From: Clostridia bacterium
GTDB lineage: Bacteria > Bacillota > Clostridia > UMGS1883
Assembly (NCBI GenBank): GCA_045545055.1
Contig: JAZQAB010000011.1
Location: 2,594 to 66,593, forward strand
Length of the DNA stretch: 64,000 nucleotides
Direction of reading: 5' to 3'
Below are positions 47,353-58,755 of this stretch, in pieces. Under the pieces are notes generated by a model. The model made no database searches, was not told the origin of the DNA, and was given only the letters and a program-made list of their open reading frames with translations. The number at the start of each line of letters is the position of its first letter. Position 1 is the stretch's first letter. A program made the translations under genes and the position numbers.

Positions 47353-48433
47353 CAGCTACAATCTTAAAGAAATACTTGCTAAATTTAATATTGATACCAA
47401 TATAGAGCTTTACGGAAACGGACATATTAACGATACATACCTTTGTGAGACCTCTCCCAGGTTCATTTTGCAGAAAATTAATACAAATGTCTTCAAGGAC
47501 CCCGGTGCCGTTATGGAGAACATTTATAATGTAACACGCCATGTAAGGGAGAAAATAAAAGAGGCAGGCGGAGAACCTGACCGTGAAACTCTTAATGTTA
47601 TCCCGACAAAGGCAGGAGAAATTTATTATACTCATCCTGACGGTGCGGCATTCCGTATGTATAAATTTATTGAACGTTCCGTAAGCTATGACGTTGCAGA
47701 GCGTCCCGAAATTCTTACCTATGCAGGAGAGGCGTTCGGAAAATTTCAGAGAATGTTAAGTGATTTCCCCGCCGAAAAGCTGCATGAAACCATTGTGGAC
47801 TTTCACAATACACCCGTGCGTGTAAAGCAGCTTCAGGAAGCTGTGAAAAATAATATCTCCGGAAGACTTGACTGTGTCAAGGATGAGGTTAAGTTTGCAC
47901 TTGATTACAGCAGATATTCGTCGGAAATTACCGATGCGATGGAATCGGGAGATGTGCCGCTCAGGGTAACTCATAATGATACTAAGCTCAACAATGTTCT
48001 TTTTGATGATAAAACTGATGAGGGCGTTTGCGTAATAGATCTTGACACGGTAATGCCCGGCTCACTTTTGTATGATTTCGGTGATGCACTTCGCTTCGGA
48101 GCCTCCTCCTGTGTTGAAGATGAAACTGACCTTAGTAAGGTGTATTTTGACCTTGATAAGTATGAAGCGTTTGCAAAGGGCTTCCTTGGCGAGGTTGGAG
48201 CAAATCTTACTAAAAAAGAGGCACAGCTTCTTCCGCTTTCCGCACTTCTTATGACATATGAGTGCGGAATAAGATTCCTTGCAGACTATATTAACGGCGA
48301 TACATATTTTAAAATACACAGGGAGCACCATAATCTTGACCGTGCAAGAAACCAGTTTGCACTGGTAAAGGACATAGAAAGAAAGCTTCCCGAAATGGCA
48401 CAAATTGCTCAAAAGTATATTAAAAAAGTGTGA
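47342..48433 (+). CDS. anomeric N-acetylhexosamine 1-kinase-like (APH-fold; NahK/AmgK-like)
   Basis: The start overlaps the upstream stop (ATGGGATCTAA). An aminoglycoside-phosphotransferase-fold Brenner motif (HNDTKLNNVLFD) and IDLDT are present. The N-terminus is NahK-like. Confidence 0.6.
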   Translation: MGSNSYNLKEILAKFNIDTNIELYGNGHINDTYLCETSPRFILQKINTNVFKDPGAVMENIYNVTRHVREKIKEAGGEPDRETLNVIPTKAGEIYYTHPDGAAFRMYKFIERSVSYDVAERPEILTYAGEAFGKFQRMLSDFPAEKLHETIVDFHNTPVRVKQLQEAVKNNISGRLDCVKDEVKFALDYSRYSSEITDAMESGDVPLRVTHNDTKLNNVLFDDKTDEGVCVIDLDTVMPGSLLYDFGDALRFGASSCVEDETDLSKVYFDLDKYEAFAKGFLGEVGANLTKKEAQLLPLSALLMTYECGIRFLADYINGDTYFKIHREHHNLDRARNQFALVKDIERKLPEMAQIAQKYIKKV

Positions 48434-48510
48434 TTGAGTTGAACCGACCCCCAAAAAGTTAGACCAAAAATCTCACGATTGGGCGGTCGGTTCAAGTATC
48501 ACACTTTTTT
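48423..48510 (+). terminator. long imperfect hairpin, bidirectional terminator
   Basis: aaaaaagtgtgat..gaaccgaccc / gggcggtcggttc..atcacactttttt. Convergent genes sit on both sides. Confidence 0.6.
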
Positions 48511-48535
48511 AATATGTTTTTTTCTTTTATCCTTT

Positions 48536-50752
48536 TTAGGAATTAAGGACATCCTTATATTTTTTCCCGGCGTGTTCTTTATTCAGGAGTAAACGTGAGT
48601 TAAGCTTGATTACATCTTCGGGCGTCATCATTTTAAAATAGAAATATACCAGGCGTCTTATTCTGTCTGCGTTTATATCCGAATGAATAGGGGAGAGAAT
48701 GTAGCCGTTGCCGCCCTCCTGAGCATATTCCTCAAACATACAGATAATCATATTTGCAAAGTCGGTAATAAAACTGTCTTTGTCGGGAATTTCAGCACCG
48801 AACATCTGCTTTGCCAGTGTATACTGCGTATGGGCATCGACAGAGGAAGTATGTCTTTGTAAAAACCAATTATGCCAATATATGAATTTTATTGCCTCAA
48901 CCAGTGCCGTAGCAATGTATTTAAGCGAAAATTCTTCGCCCTTTACCCAATGAGAATATGCCGTTTCGCAGGCTTTAAGCACCCAGAAATAATATCTGGA
49001 ATCATATTCGTCGGGAGAGAGTGTTAAGATGCTTGAGGACGGCAGCTTAATCATATTTGTGACGGTGTCCCATTTGATTTTATCAAAAAGAAATCCGTTT
49101 GCAATATCAAGCATAGCACCTACGTCGCCTGCGGCAGCCTTTCGTTCCAACTTCACATAATCCATGTCCAGCATCAAATCCTGCCTTGTAAAGGCATTGC
49201 ACCATTTGCCGTAAAACCTGCGGCTTCTGTTATAATAATCGGGATCGAGCATAGGAGCATTTTTGCCGCCCTTTCCGTCTGTCATTATTTCAATAAAAAC
49301 CTTGGAAATGGGCTTAATAAGAGACAGAGCCTCCGTTACATCTCCGGCAGTCGGTTCGATTGCGTTCTTCTTCCAATGGGAGCCGAGGTTTCCGAGTTTA
49401 CGAGCCTTATGCATATCCGAGCTTTGTGCGGTGCTCAAATTTCCGTTCTTGAGTATTAAATTAATTTTACCAATCAAGTCAAGGTCCTCGGAAAACAGAT
49501 TAAATTTGGCACAAAGGTTATCGGCAACATACTCAAGAGCCTGCCTGACAGAATTAAGAGCGAGTCTGAAATTATTTTCACCGGATTGAGCTTCGGCATC
49601 CCGGATAAATGAAAATAAGGCGGGATGCTCTTTTTCAGGATTGGTTTCTGCTGAGGTGCCTTCTATATTTTTAAAGGAAACAGCTTTAATATCCGGAAGG
49701 ATATTTCTCTTATAGGAATTTTTTTCGGTTTGATTCTTAGCGGTTGCAATTACTGTTGAGCTGATTGACTGCATCAAGGCGGAAAAGTCTTCTTTTGTTA
49801 TTCCTTTTCCGTCGGGATGAGCATGCCATATGTCGATTACTCTTTTAACTGCGTTTACATAAGAACTTCTCACAACTTTTGCTGAAACAAGCTCTTCAAG
49901 CAGCAAGGTGGTCTCTTTTACCTTTCCGTCCTGCTTAATATCTATGCCGTTAAGCTTGCATATCCTTCTTGTACAGGTCACTGCCACTGCCTGTAATGTC
50001 TTTATCGCCTCGTAAGGCTTATTTTGCTTCATAAAGCTTTTAGCCCTTGAATAGTCCTTGTCGATGGAATTTAAGGCTTGTGCATCCGGGTTCACCGCCA
50101 ACTCCTTCTTTGTCGCCTTTTCGGCATTAACTTTGGCTTCCTTTTGCCGCATAGCTTCAAAAGTACATGGAACGCTGTTAATATTTTTTCCCGATGCACG
50201 CTCTTTAAACAGCTTGAAGATAATTCCCATTGAAATAAAGTATGTTTTTATATCGTAGTCGGAGACAATGCAGGTACCGTCTTCGTATTTGTCAATAAGT
50301 GCAAGTACGCCGTTTACAACATTCATCTGGTCAGGCTTAAAAACAGTGCCCTTTAAAAGCTGTGCTATCTCAAAAATATCCTTTCCCTGTGTATCCAAGG
50401 AGGATTTTTTACAAAACCAAACAAGAATCAGATTGAACATTGTACTCAGATGCTTGAAAGGAACCTTGAAATCTTTCACGGAAGAATTTCGGGAATTCTC
50501 ATTGTGATAGGTGTTTTTTGCATCCGCATATACTTTGGTTATATTCCGGAATTGAGTGTTTATCCGGTCTGTGCAGTTTACTGTATAGATTCCGTCTGTA
50601 GGGCGAATATATACATATACAGAATAGTTCGGTATATCATAGTTGTGCTTGACGGTGTGCGGACAATAAATATTTTTTTCAACAGCAGCCGGCACAGAAG
50701 GATGATTGCTTTCGGATAAAAGAGCGTTAAATATCTTTTTTAAAACAGACAT
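48536..50752 (-). CDS. orphan 738-aa hypothetical protein with central DUF4145/HEPN-like domain
   Basis: A large ORF with no signal peptide. Residues ~380-480 (ALNSVRQALEYVADNL...DMHKARKLGNLGSHW) match the DUF4145 pattern with an Rx6H motif. A second possible Rx5H lies at VKRVIDIWHAH. The rest is unassignable. Confidence 0.5.
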   Translation of the reverse strand: MSVLKKIFNALLSESNHPSVPAAVEKNIYCPHTVKHNYDIPNYSVYVYIRPTDGIYTVNCTDRINTQFRNITKVYADAKNTYHNENSRNSSVKDFKVPFKHLSTMFNLILVWFCKKSSLDTQGKDIFEIAQLLKGTVFKPDQMNVVNGVLALIDKYEDGTCIVSDYDIKTYFISMGIIFKLFKERASGKNINSVPCTFEAMRQKEAKVNAEKATKKELAVNPDAQALNSIDKDYSRAKSFMKQNKPYEAIKTLQAVAVTCTRRICKLNGIDIKQDGKVKETTLLLEELVSAKVVRSSYVNAVKRVIDIWHAHPDGKGITKEDFSALMQSISSTVIATAKNQTEKNSYKRNILPDIKAVSFKNIEGTSAETNPEKEHPALFSFIRDAEAQSGENNFRLALNSVRQALEYVADNLCAKFNLFSEDLDLIGKINLILKNGNLSTAQSSDMHKARKLGNLGSHWKKNAIEPTAGDVTEALSLIKPISKVFIEIMTDGKGGKNAPMLDPDYYNRSRRFYGKWCNAFTRQDLMLDMDYVKLERKAAAGDVGAMLDIANGFLFDKIKWDTVTNMIKLPSSSILTLSPDEYDSRYYFWVLKACETAYSHWVKGEEFSLKYIATALVEAIKFIYWHNWFLQRHTSSVDAHTQYTLAKQMFGAEIPDKDSFITDFANMIICMFEEYAQEGGNGYILSPIHSDINADRIRRLVYFYFKMMTPEDVIKLNSRLLLNKEHAGKKYKDVLNS

Positions 50753-50767
50753 GGTAATTTCTCCCTT

Positions 50768-51661
50768 CTATACTATTACCGAGAATGCACGGGGAATATT
50801 AACTATTTCGGCAAAGGATAATTCTCCGCCGTATTCACCGTCAACCGTCCATTTAATAGGTTCATCGCATTCAAAAGTAACCTTTGATGCCTTAAAGCTT
50901 ATAATATTTTCTGTTTTTTCTATGTTTCCTGTCACAAAAGCTGAAAGAATATTCTGATAACCGAGAGCATTTTTCGGCTTTTTAATAAGAAGCACTTCAA
51001 AAAGACCGTCATTTAGTGAAATGGTAGCACCTAAAGTATGCTTCATTCCCGCAATCTGGAAGGAATTGCTCACCGCACCCAAGATGAAATCATCTTCAAT
51101 AACAACATCGTCAAATTTAACCTTTGCATGTATAACCTTAATTGAAGAAAGCTGGCGTATTCCCTCAATAATATATGCCATGTGCCCGAAAATATTTTTA
51201 AATTCCTGAGAGGTGTCATAGGAAACCGAGGTAAATGCACCAAAAGCCGCAACATAAGCAAAATGCTTATCGTTCATTTTACCTGCATCGCAGAAGAAGG
51301 GACTTCCCTCTACAACCATTTTTGCCGCTTTGCGGACATCGGTGGGAATACCTATAGTTCCTGCAAAATCGTTTGTGCTTCCTGAAGGCAGATATGCCAG
51401 CTTGGGTCTTTTTTCAGGCTCAACACACATCAGGGCACTGACAGCTTCATTCAACATTCCGTCGCCGCCGCAGACAGAAATAACCTCGTATTCTGCCATA
51501 TGCTCTTTAATATATTCATAGCCGTCTTTAGCACATTTTGTAGGGTGGAGTGTAATACAATAATCGTGTGAAGAATATATATCTATAATATCCGAAAGAT
51601 AATGTTTTATCTGAGCTTTGCCGCTTACAGGGTTATAAACGAGTAAAAGTTTCTTTTCCAT
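50768..51661 (-). CDS. diacylglycerol kinase family lipid kinase (YegS/DagK-like)
   Basis: DAGK_cat motifs (LLVYNPVSGK; VCGGDGMLNEAV). Confidence 0.8.
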   Translation of the reverse strand: MEKKLLLVYNPVSGKAQIKHYLSDIIDIYSSHDYCITLHPTKCAKDGYEYIKEHMAEYEVISVCGGDGMLNEAVSALMCVEPEKRPKLAYLPSGSTNDFAGTIGIPTDVRKAAKMVVEGSPFFCDAGKMNDKHFAYVAAFGAFTSVSYDTSQEFKNIFGHMAYIIEGIRQLSSIKVIHAKVKFDDVVIEDDFILGAVSNSFQIAGMKHTLGATISLNDGLFEVLLIKKPKNALGYQNILSAFVTGNIEKTENIISFKASKVTFECDEPIKWTVDGEYGGELSFAEIVNIPRAFSVIV

Positions 51662-51879
51662 AACGCAGCTCCTTTCCGGTCAAACAACAAGGGTCAGAAT
51701 CTTATTGTACTATACAATATTATACTCTTTTTTACGATAAATTCAATATGCAAACGTAAAAATTTGCTTTTTTCGGCATATTATACCCAAAAATAAATAA
51801 AATAGTCTTATATCGGTATTGCATTTTATCTAAGTCCGTGGCATAATATAATAAATGATATTGAGAGGAGATATAGAAT

Positions 51880-52347
51880 ATGAGATATGAAGAAATTATC
51901 GAATTTGTACAAAAAAATCTAAAAAAGACTGCTGCCAAGAAAATTGAGAAGCACATAGCTGTTGAATTTGATATTTACGGAGAGGGCGAGGGAGCATTTT
52001 ACGTAGAGGTTAATGACGGTGCTATCACAGTTGAACCCTACGAATATTACGACCGTGACGCTAAGGTTTATATTACAGCCGATGAGCTTGTTAAGCTTGT
52101 AAACGGAGAAAAGACTCCCGAAGAAAGCTTTGCAGAGGGAATTTTGATGATTGAGGGAGATATTGATGCCGCACAGGAGCTTATTAAGCTTGTGAAGGCT
52201 CCCGTAAAAAAGGCAGCGTCAAAGCCTGCCGCAAAGAAAACAGCGGTAAAGAAAGCTCCTGCAAAGAAAGCTGTTAAGGCTGAAAAGGCAATTGTAGAAG
52301 ACACTAAAAAGAAAAGCTCAAAGGTAGCAAAGGACATTAAGAAATAA
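51880..52347 (+). CDS. SCP2 sterol-carrier domain protein with Lys/Ala-rich histone-H1-like tail
   Basis: An SCP2 fold (DGAITVEPYEY...ADELVKLVNGE) is followed by KAPVKKAASKPAAKKTAVKKAPAKKAVKAEKA. Confidence 0.65.
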   Translation: MRYEEIIEFVQKNLKKTAAKKIEKHIAVEFDIYGEGEGAFYVEVNDGAITVEPYEYYDRDAKVYITADELVKLVNGEKTPEESFAEGILMIEGDIDAAQELIKLVKAPVKKAASKPAAKKTAVKKAPAKKAVKAEKAIVEDTKKKSSKVAKDIKK

Positions 52348-52378
52348 ACCCTGCAATCTGCTATGTCTTTACTTTTAT

Positions 52379-52576
52379 AAAAGGGTCTGTAGCAAAATGT
52401 ATAAATATGCACAAACAACAACCGCAGGGGCGACAACGCCTCCCTTGCCTAAAGGGAGGTGGCAACCGTAAGGTTGACGGAGGGATTCCCGGTCGTCCGC
52501 AGGCGGATAATATCCGCCCCTACAGCGGTAAATTCTATTTTGATGCATAAGTATTAGTTTTGCTACAGACCCTTTT
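52379..52576 (+). repeat. 198-bp element with perfect 19-bp terminal inverted repeats (MITE-like / candidate structured RNA)
   Basis: aaaagggtctgtagcaaaa (52379-52397) and its exact reverse complement ttttgctacagaccctttt (52558-52576) flank a GC-rich interior. The interior has nested hairpins (cctccctt/aagggagg; ggcggat/atccgcc). Confidence 0.4.
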
Positions 52577-52664
52577 TAGTATATAGAAATTTGCATTCCC
52601 ATACAGTAAAAGACATTTGATTTTTGACCTGCAAAAATCCACCTCAATTTTCAATTTTCCACTT

Positions 52665-53591
52665 TCAATTTTCAATTTGCAAAGTCTCAATCGCCCGAAG
52701 AAGCTCAGACAGCTTTTCTGTGCGGCGAACAGTCTTAAGAACTTTTTCTTCATTAGGGAAATTCCACATCATAAACAGCCATATTTCCTTTAATTTGTGC
52801 ATTGTAAAATGGTCGGAGGAAAGTATAGCGTTATATTTATCGGCAAGAATGTGAGTGAATTCCACCATTTCTTCCGTAGTAATTCTATCTCCGCCCTTGA
52901 TTTCACGCATGAGTGCGGGGTTTGCCACAGCTCCTCTGCCAAGCATGATGTGGTTTAAACGGGGATATTTTTCTTTGATTTTCATATAGTCGTCGCTTGT
53001 GAATATATTTCCGTTGTAGCAAACGGGGGCACGGCTTTTGTTATACGCTGTCTGAAATGCCTCATGATTTATTTCGCCTTTATAAAAATCCTCACGGCAT
53101 CTGGGGTGCACAATCAATTCCTTAATGGGGTAGCTGTTATAAAGCTCTAAAATTTCATCAAATTCATCGGGGGAGTAAAAGCCGATTCTTGTTTTTATTG
53201 ATATATCAATATGGCTTTTCTCAAAAATTTCATCAAGAAAGCTTTTAAGAAGTTCTTTTTCCCGAAGAAGACCGCTTCCACGTTTTTTATTCACAACAGT
53301 TCCCGACGGACAACCCAAATTCAGATTGATTTCATCGTAGCCGTATTCCTTAACCTTTTGGGCAAATTTTATGAAGGACTCGGAATTATTTGTAAGTGTC
53401 TGCACAATGGGTTTGATAACACTATTATTTTCGGGAAGCATATCCTTAAAACCTTTTCTCCCGATTTTGGTGTTATCGGACGGGGAAATGAAGGGAGTAT
53501 AATATCTATCGCAACTGCCAAAATATTCTGCATGTGTGTTTCGATATACATATGATGTAATACCCTCAAGGGGAGCAAATGATAGTGTCAT
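52665..53591 (-). CDS. dus: tRNA-dihydrouridine synthase
   Basis: Dus family TIM barrel (LAPLEGITSYVYR; catalytic region NLNLGCPS). Confidence 0.8.
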   Translation of the reverse strand: MTLSFAPLEGITSYVYRNTHAEYFGSCDRYYTPFISPSDNTKIGRKGFKDMLPENNSVIKPIVQTLTNNSESFIKFAQKVKEYGYDEINLNLGCPSGTVVNKKRGSGLLREKELLKSFLDEIFEKSHIDISIKTRIGFYSPDEFDEILELYNSYPIKELIVHPRCREDFYKGEINHEAFQTAYNKSRAPVCYNGNIFTSDDYMKIKEKYPRLNHIMLGRGAVANPALMREIKGGDRITTEEMVEFTHILADKYNAILSSDHFTMHKLKEIWLFMMWNFPNEEKVLKTVRRTEKLSELLRAIETLQIEN

Positions 53592-53631
53592 AGAAATAAT
53601 CCTGCCTTTTTCTTCTGTATCTTGATTATAT

Positions 53632-53662
53632 CAAAAAAGCTGTGGAAAGTCCACAGCTTTTT
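53632..53662 (-). terminator. groEL terminator
   Basis: aaaaagctgtggaaagtccacagcttttt palindrome 5 nt beyond the groEL stop. Confidence 0.7.
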
Positions 53663-53666
53663 GATA

Positions 53667-55307
<1,641 letters not shown>

Positions 55308-55319
55308 TCACTCCTTAAA

Positions 55320-55616
<297 letters not shown>

Positions 55617-55821
55617 CTAAAAAATGATAAACAAATGTACTTGCCCGTTTTCCTTTTGTAGGGATGGGGCTTGCTCCATCCGAAAAAATACAAGTTTAAC
55701 AAGCATATAATATATAATAACATATTTGAAAAAATTTGCAACACTTGTGAGGAAAAATTTTCTTTTAATTCATAATTTGAGGAAATTTCCCATAATCTGT
55801 GGTAGAAAGGTTGTGAATAAA

Positions 55822-56394
55822 ATGGAAAAAAGAATACAGCTTCTTCAGCTTGCTGATATCGGCAAAGGAAGTGCCATGATAACTCCCGAGCGTGTTGAAA
55901 TTGAAATAAGCGGAATTAACGGAAGTCTGAAAGCCTGGCTTATAGGGGGGGAGGCAGTACCGATTGGAAATATTGTGGACGGAAGACTGAGAAAAGAAAT
56001 TAATACTACAAAACACAGCGGAATTCTGATTACACAGGGCGGAAGGCAGATGCTTATAGGAAAATACGGCGAAGTCGCCGTGGAAATCAAAGAGAAAAGC
56101 ATGCCTTTTGATATTCCCGGGTTTAAATGGAAGAAAATCGAATCAAAAAATTATAACGATTTGTGCCGTGAGCTAAGATTTATTATCAGCAATAAAGATG
56201 TTTATGATAATTATAAAAAGTATGGTCATTATTGGGTGGGTGAGGGAGAAGGTGCGGCAGCGGTGGCCCTCCAATACAGCGAGAATGAGCCAAATCCTTT
56301 GGAGTTTCTGGGAAAAGTGAAATTAACAAAAAACGGCTATGCTATAGTATGTGTGGACAAAAAAACAAAAAAGCTTTACTTTCCCGAAACATAA
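55822..56394 (+). CDS. hypothetical protein
   Basis: The probable start is MEKRIQLL with RBS aaagg. The longer annotated frame upstream runs through the groES promoter region. No motif was recognised. Confidence 0.5.
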   Translation: MEKRIQLLQLADIGKGSAMITPERVEIEISGINGSLKAWLIGGEAVPIGNIVDGRLRKEINTTKHSGILITQGGRQMLIGKYGEVAVEIKEKSMPFDIPGFKWKKIESKNYNDLCRELRFIISNKDVYDNYKKYGHYWVGEGEGAAAVALQYSENEPNPLEFLGKVKLTKNGYAIVCVDKKTKKLYFPET

Positions 56395-56436
56395 AAATGC
56401 GACACTTTGGGGACTGTCCCCAAAGTGTCGCATTTT
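56393..56436 (+). terminator. bidirectional intrinsic terminator
   Basis: aaaatgcgacactttgggga / tccccaaagtgtcgcatttt is a 20-bp palindrome. Confidence 0.7.
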
Positions 56437-56444
56437 GCGGATAA

Positions 56445-57797
56445 TCACCTTTTCTTCAAATATAAATCGGGGTCTACGGGAATGTCATTACTTACAATTT
56501 CAAAATGGAGATGTGGCCCCGTAGACCTCCCCGTGTTTCCGCTCAGGGCAATTTGCGTGTTTGCCCCCACGCTTTGCCCTGCTTTTACATTAATTGTACC
56601 AAGATGAGCATATGCTGTGACAACCCCATACCCGTGGTCGATGCGTACTAAGTTCCCGTAAGTTCCTCCGTCACCGGCATATATAACCCTGCCGCACTCT
56701 GCCGCTATCACGGGCGTTCCCTCCGGAACTGCGATGTCAATTCCCTCATGCATTTTTCCCCAACGCTCGCCGTAGGGGGAGGAAATCACCCCCTGCAAAG
56801 GGTAGAACAGCCCCGTTTTCAGGACGTCCTTTTCCTTTGTTCCCACACGGACAACCCTTGAAACAGGGGTAACGATGACATTTTCCGAAAGAATCCTTCT
56901 TGATTGGGGCATGCCGTTTTCATAAACTGTTTCTGCCTCTATCTGTGCCTTACCAACTTTTCCCTCCGTTACGGTAACGGCTTCGCCTATATAAAGGGAA
57001 TTGTCCTGTGTGGACTGTGTATCAAAAGGAATATTTTGACTTTCCGTTGTATTTACCACACTTATTACTCTCACATTATTGCTGCTTTGAAGAAGCAGAC
57101 TGCACTTTTCAGAATCCGAAATGCTGTCACTTCCCACAATGTTTGTTTTATATGTTATATTGGTAGTAATTTTTGCATCTGAGTCAACGCTGCATTCCAG
57201 AATATATTTCCGGACAACCTCCTCTGCCGTAGCCTTATCCTTGGCAGTAAAAATGGCTGTATCATCAGAATAAACCGTGCAGCCCCGTTTAAGCTTAGGA
57301 GAGCTTAAAAGTAGACTGTCACGAAGCGTATTTCCGTTTTTTATGTTGCTGCGTAAGCAAATCGTGGGTGCGGTGATAAATTGCAACTTTACATCATGTA
57401 TATTTTTTGAAGATATGAACCTCACAGCATTGTCAACCGCACTTTCATAGCTTGCCGTTCCCGAAGTCACCGCAATCTGTTTTCCATTATAATATATACC
57501 TGTCCCGATAGTAAAAAATCCGGAAAAGACCGACACGCAGCATACACATATTCCCAACGACAACACGTGCTTTGTAAAATTATGAAAAACAACGCCGCAT
57601 TGCTCTTTGCACTCTGCTATAAATGAAGAAATCGGAGCTGTGAAAGCGTTTATGTTAAATTTCCTTCTGCGAGGGAGTGTCCTTGTCTGCGTTTTGGGGA
57701 CTGCTTGCCCAAAAGGAGCTATGATGAATCCGCCGTGTCTTGGATGTTCTGCCTGCATAAAAATTCCTCCTTTGTCAGAATAAATATATGCCTGCAA
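56445..57797 (-). CDS. M23 family peptidase (LytM-type) with N-terminal TM anchor
   Basis: The C-terminal M23 motifs are intact (HEGIDIAVPEGTPV; GNTGRSTGPHLHFEI). Confidence 0.75.
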   Translation of the reverse strand: MQAYIYSDKGGIFMQAEHPRHGGFIIAPFGQAVPKTQTRTLPRRRKFNINAFTAPISSFIAECKEQCGVVFHNFTKHVLSLGICVCCVSVFSGFFTIGTGIYYNGKQIAVTSGTASYESAVDNAVRFISSKNIHDVKLQFITAPTICLRSNIKNGNTLRDSLLLSSPKLKRGCTVYSDDTAIFTAKDKATAEEVVRKYILECSVDSDAKITTNITYKTNIVGSDSISDSEKCSLLLQSSNNVRVISVVNTTESQNIPFDTQSTQDNSLYIGEAVTVTEGKVGKAQIEAETVYENGMPQSRRILSENVIVTPVSRVVRVGTKEKDVLKTGLFYPLQGVISSPYGERWGKMHEGIDIAVPEGTPVIAAECGRVIYAGDGGTYGNLVRIDHGYGVVTAYAHLGTINVKAGQSVGANTQIALSGNTGRSTGPHLHFEIVSNDIPVDPDLYLKKR

Positions 57798-57945
57798 AGG
57801 AGGAAACAGAACCTTAATTTCCCTGAAAACCGCTTGAAAAACAAATAAACATGATGTATAATGACATGGAAGGCATAACCGTTTGAGGTCTTGCCTTTTT
57901 CACGTTTATTATATTATTTTTTGGGAAAAATATCAATAATAAAAA

Positions 57946-58755
57946 TTGGGAGATGATCGATTGTATAAAATCACAGTAGGAATATTGGAGGATTTTAGAG
58001 GGCATCTGTTTAACGAGGAAAGAGCCGAGGCAACAATAAACAAATATCTGCGTGATGTAAAAGCCTTCGTAAAATGGCTCGGGGGAAAAAGGGCTACGAA
58101 GCAAGCGGTGTTGGAGTATAAGAGAACGCTTGTGGAAACACATTCTCCCTCCAGTGTTAATTCAATGCTCTCCTCACTGAATATGTTTTTCAAGTTTTTG
58201 AAAAAAACCGATCTTCAGGTTAAACTGCTCAAAATCCAGAGAAACATATTTGTCGACAGGGAAAAGGAGCTTAGTAAGGAAGAATATGAGAAATTGCTTC
58301 GGGCAGCAAAGAGTAAAAATAACGAGAGACTTTATCTGTTGATGCAGACAATCTGTTCAACGGGAATCCGTGTTTCTGAGCTACAGTTCATTACCGTAGA
58401 AGCAATAATGAGAAAAGAGGCATACATTAACTGTAAGGGAAAACACCGCCGTGTGCTTTTGCCGCAGGGCTTGTGCAAAATATTGTCCGCATATATAAAA
58501 GAAAGAAAAATCCAAAGCGGAAGTATTTTCGTAACGAAAAGCGGCAAACCTCTTGACCGTAGTAATATCTGTCACGATATGAAAAAACTGTGCAACGATG
58601 CAGGCGTTTTGCCGAGTAAGGTTTTCCCCCATAATCTCAGGCATTTGTTTGCACGAACCTATTATTCGATAGAGAAGGATATAGTGCGTCTGGCAGATAT
58701 TTTAGGACATTCGGGAATTAATACTACAAGGATTTACACTATGGAAGCAGTATAA
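57946..58755 (+). CDS. tyrosine-type site-specific recombinase/integrase
   Basis: The C-terminal catalytic box is present (HNLRHLFARTYY...LGHSGINTTRIYT, carrying R, H-x-x-R and Y). The N-terminus has a SAM-like core-binding domain. The start is TTG/ATG-uncertain. Confidence 0.8.
   Translation: MGDDRLYKITVGILEDFRGHLFNEERAEATINKYLRDVKAFVKWLGGKRATKQAVLEYKRTLVETHSPSSVNSMLSSLNMFFKFLKKTDLQVKLLKIQRNIFVDREKELSKEEYEKLLRAAKSKNNERLYLLMQTICSTGIRVSELQFITVEAIMRKEAYINCKGKHRRVLLPQGLCKILSAYIKERKIQSGSIFVTKSGKPLDRSNICHDMKKLCNDAGVLPSKVFPHNLRHLFARTYYSIEKDIVRLADILGHSGINTTRIYTMEAV

Noticed and set aside
52470-52500. tRNA-like T-arm (ggagggattcccggtc) inside the 198-bp TIR element.
   Set aside because: There is no acceptor or anticodon stem context. 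GGGATTCCC does not fit the GGTTCRANYCC T-loop consensus. No tRNA or rRNA genes were identified in the window.
55726-55821. Upstream extension (MKKFATLVRKNF...) of the 55822 hypothetical gene.
   Set aside because: The extension runs through the divergent groES promoter region and has no RBS. The internal Met with RBS aaagg is the more plausible start.
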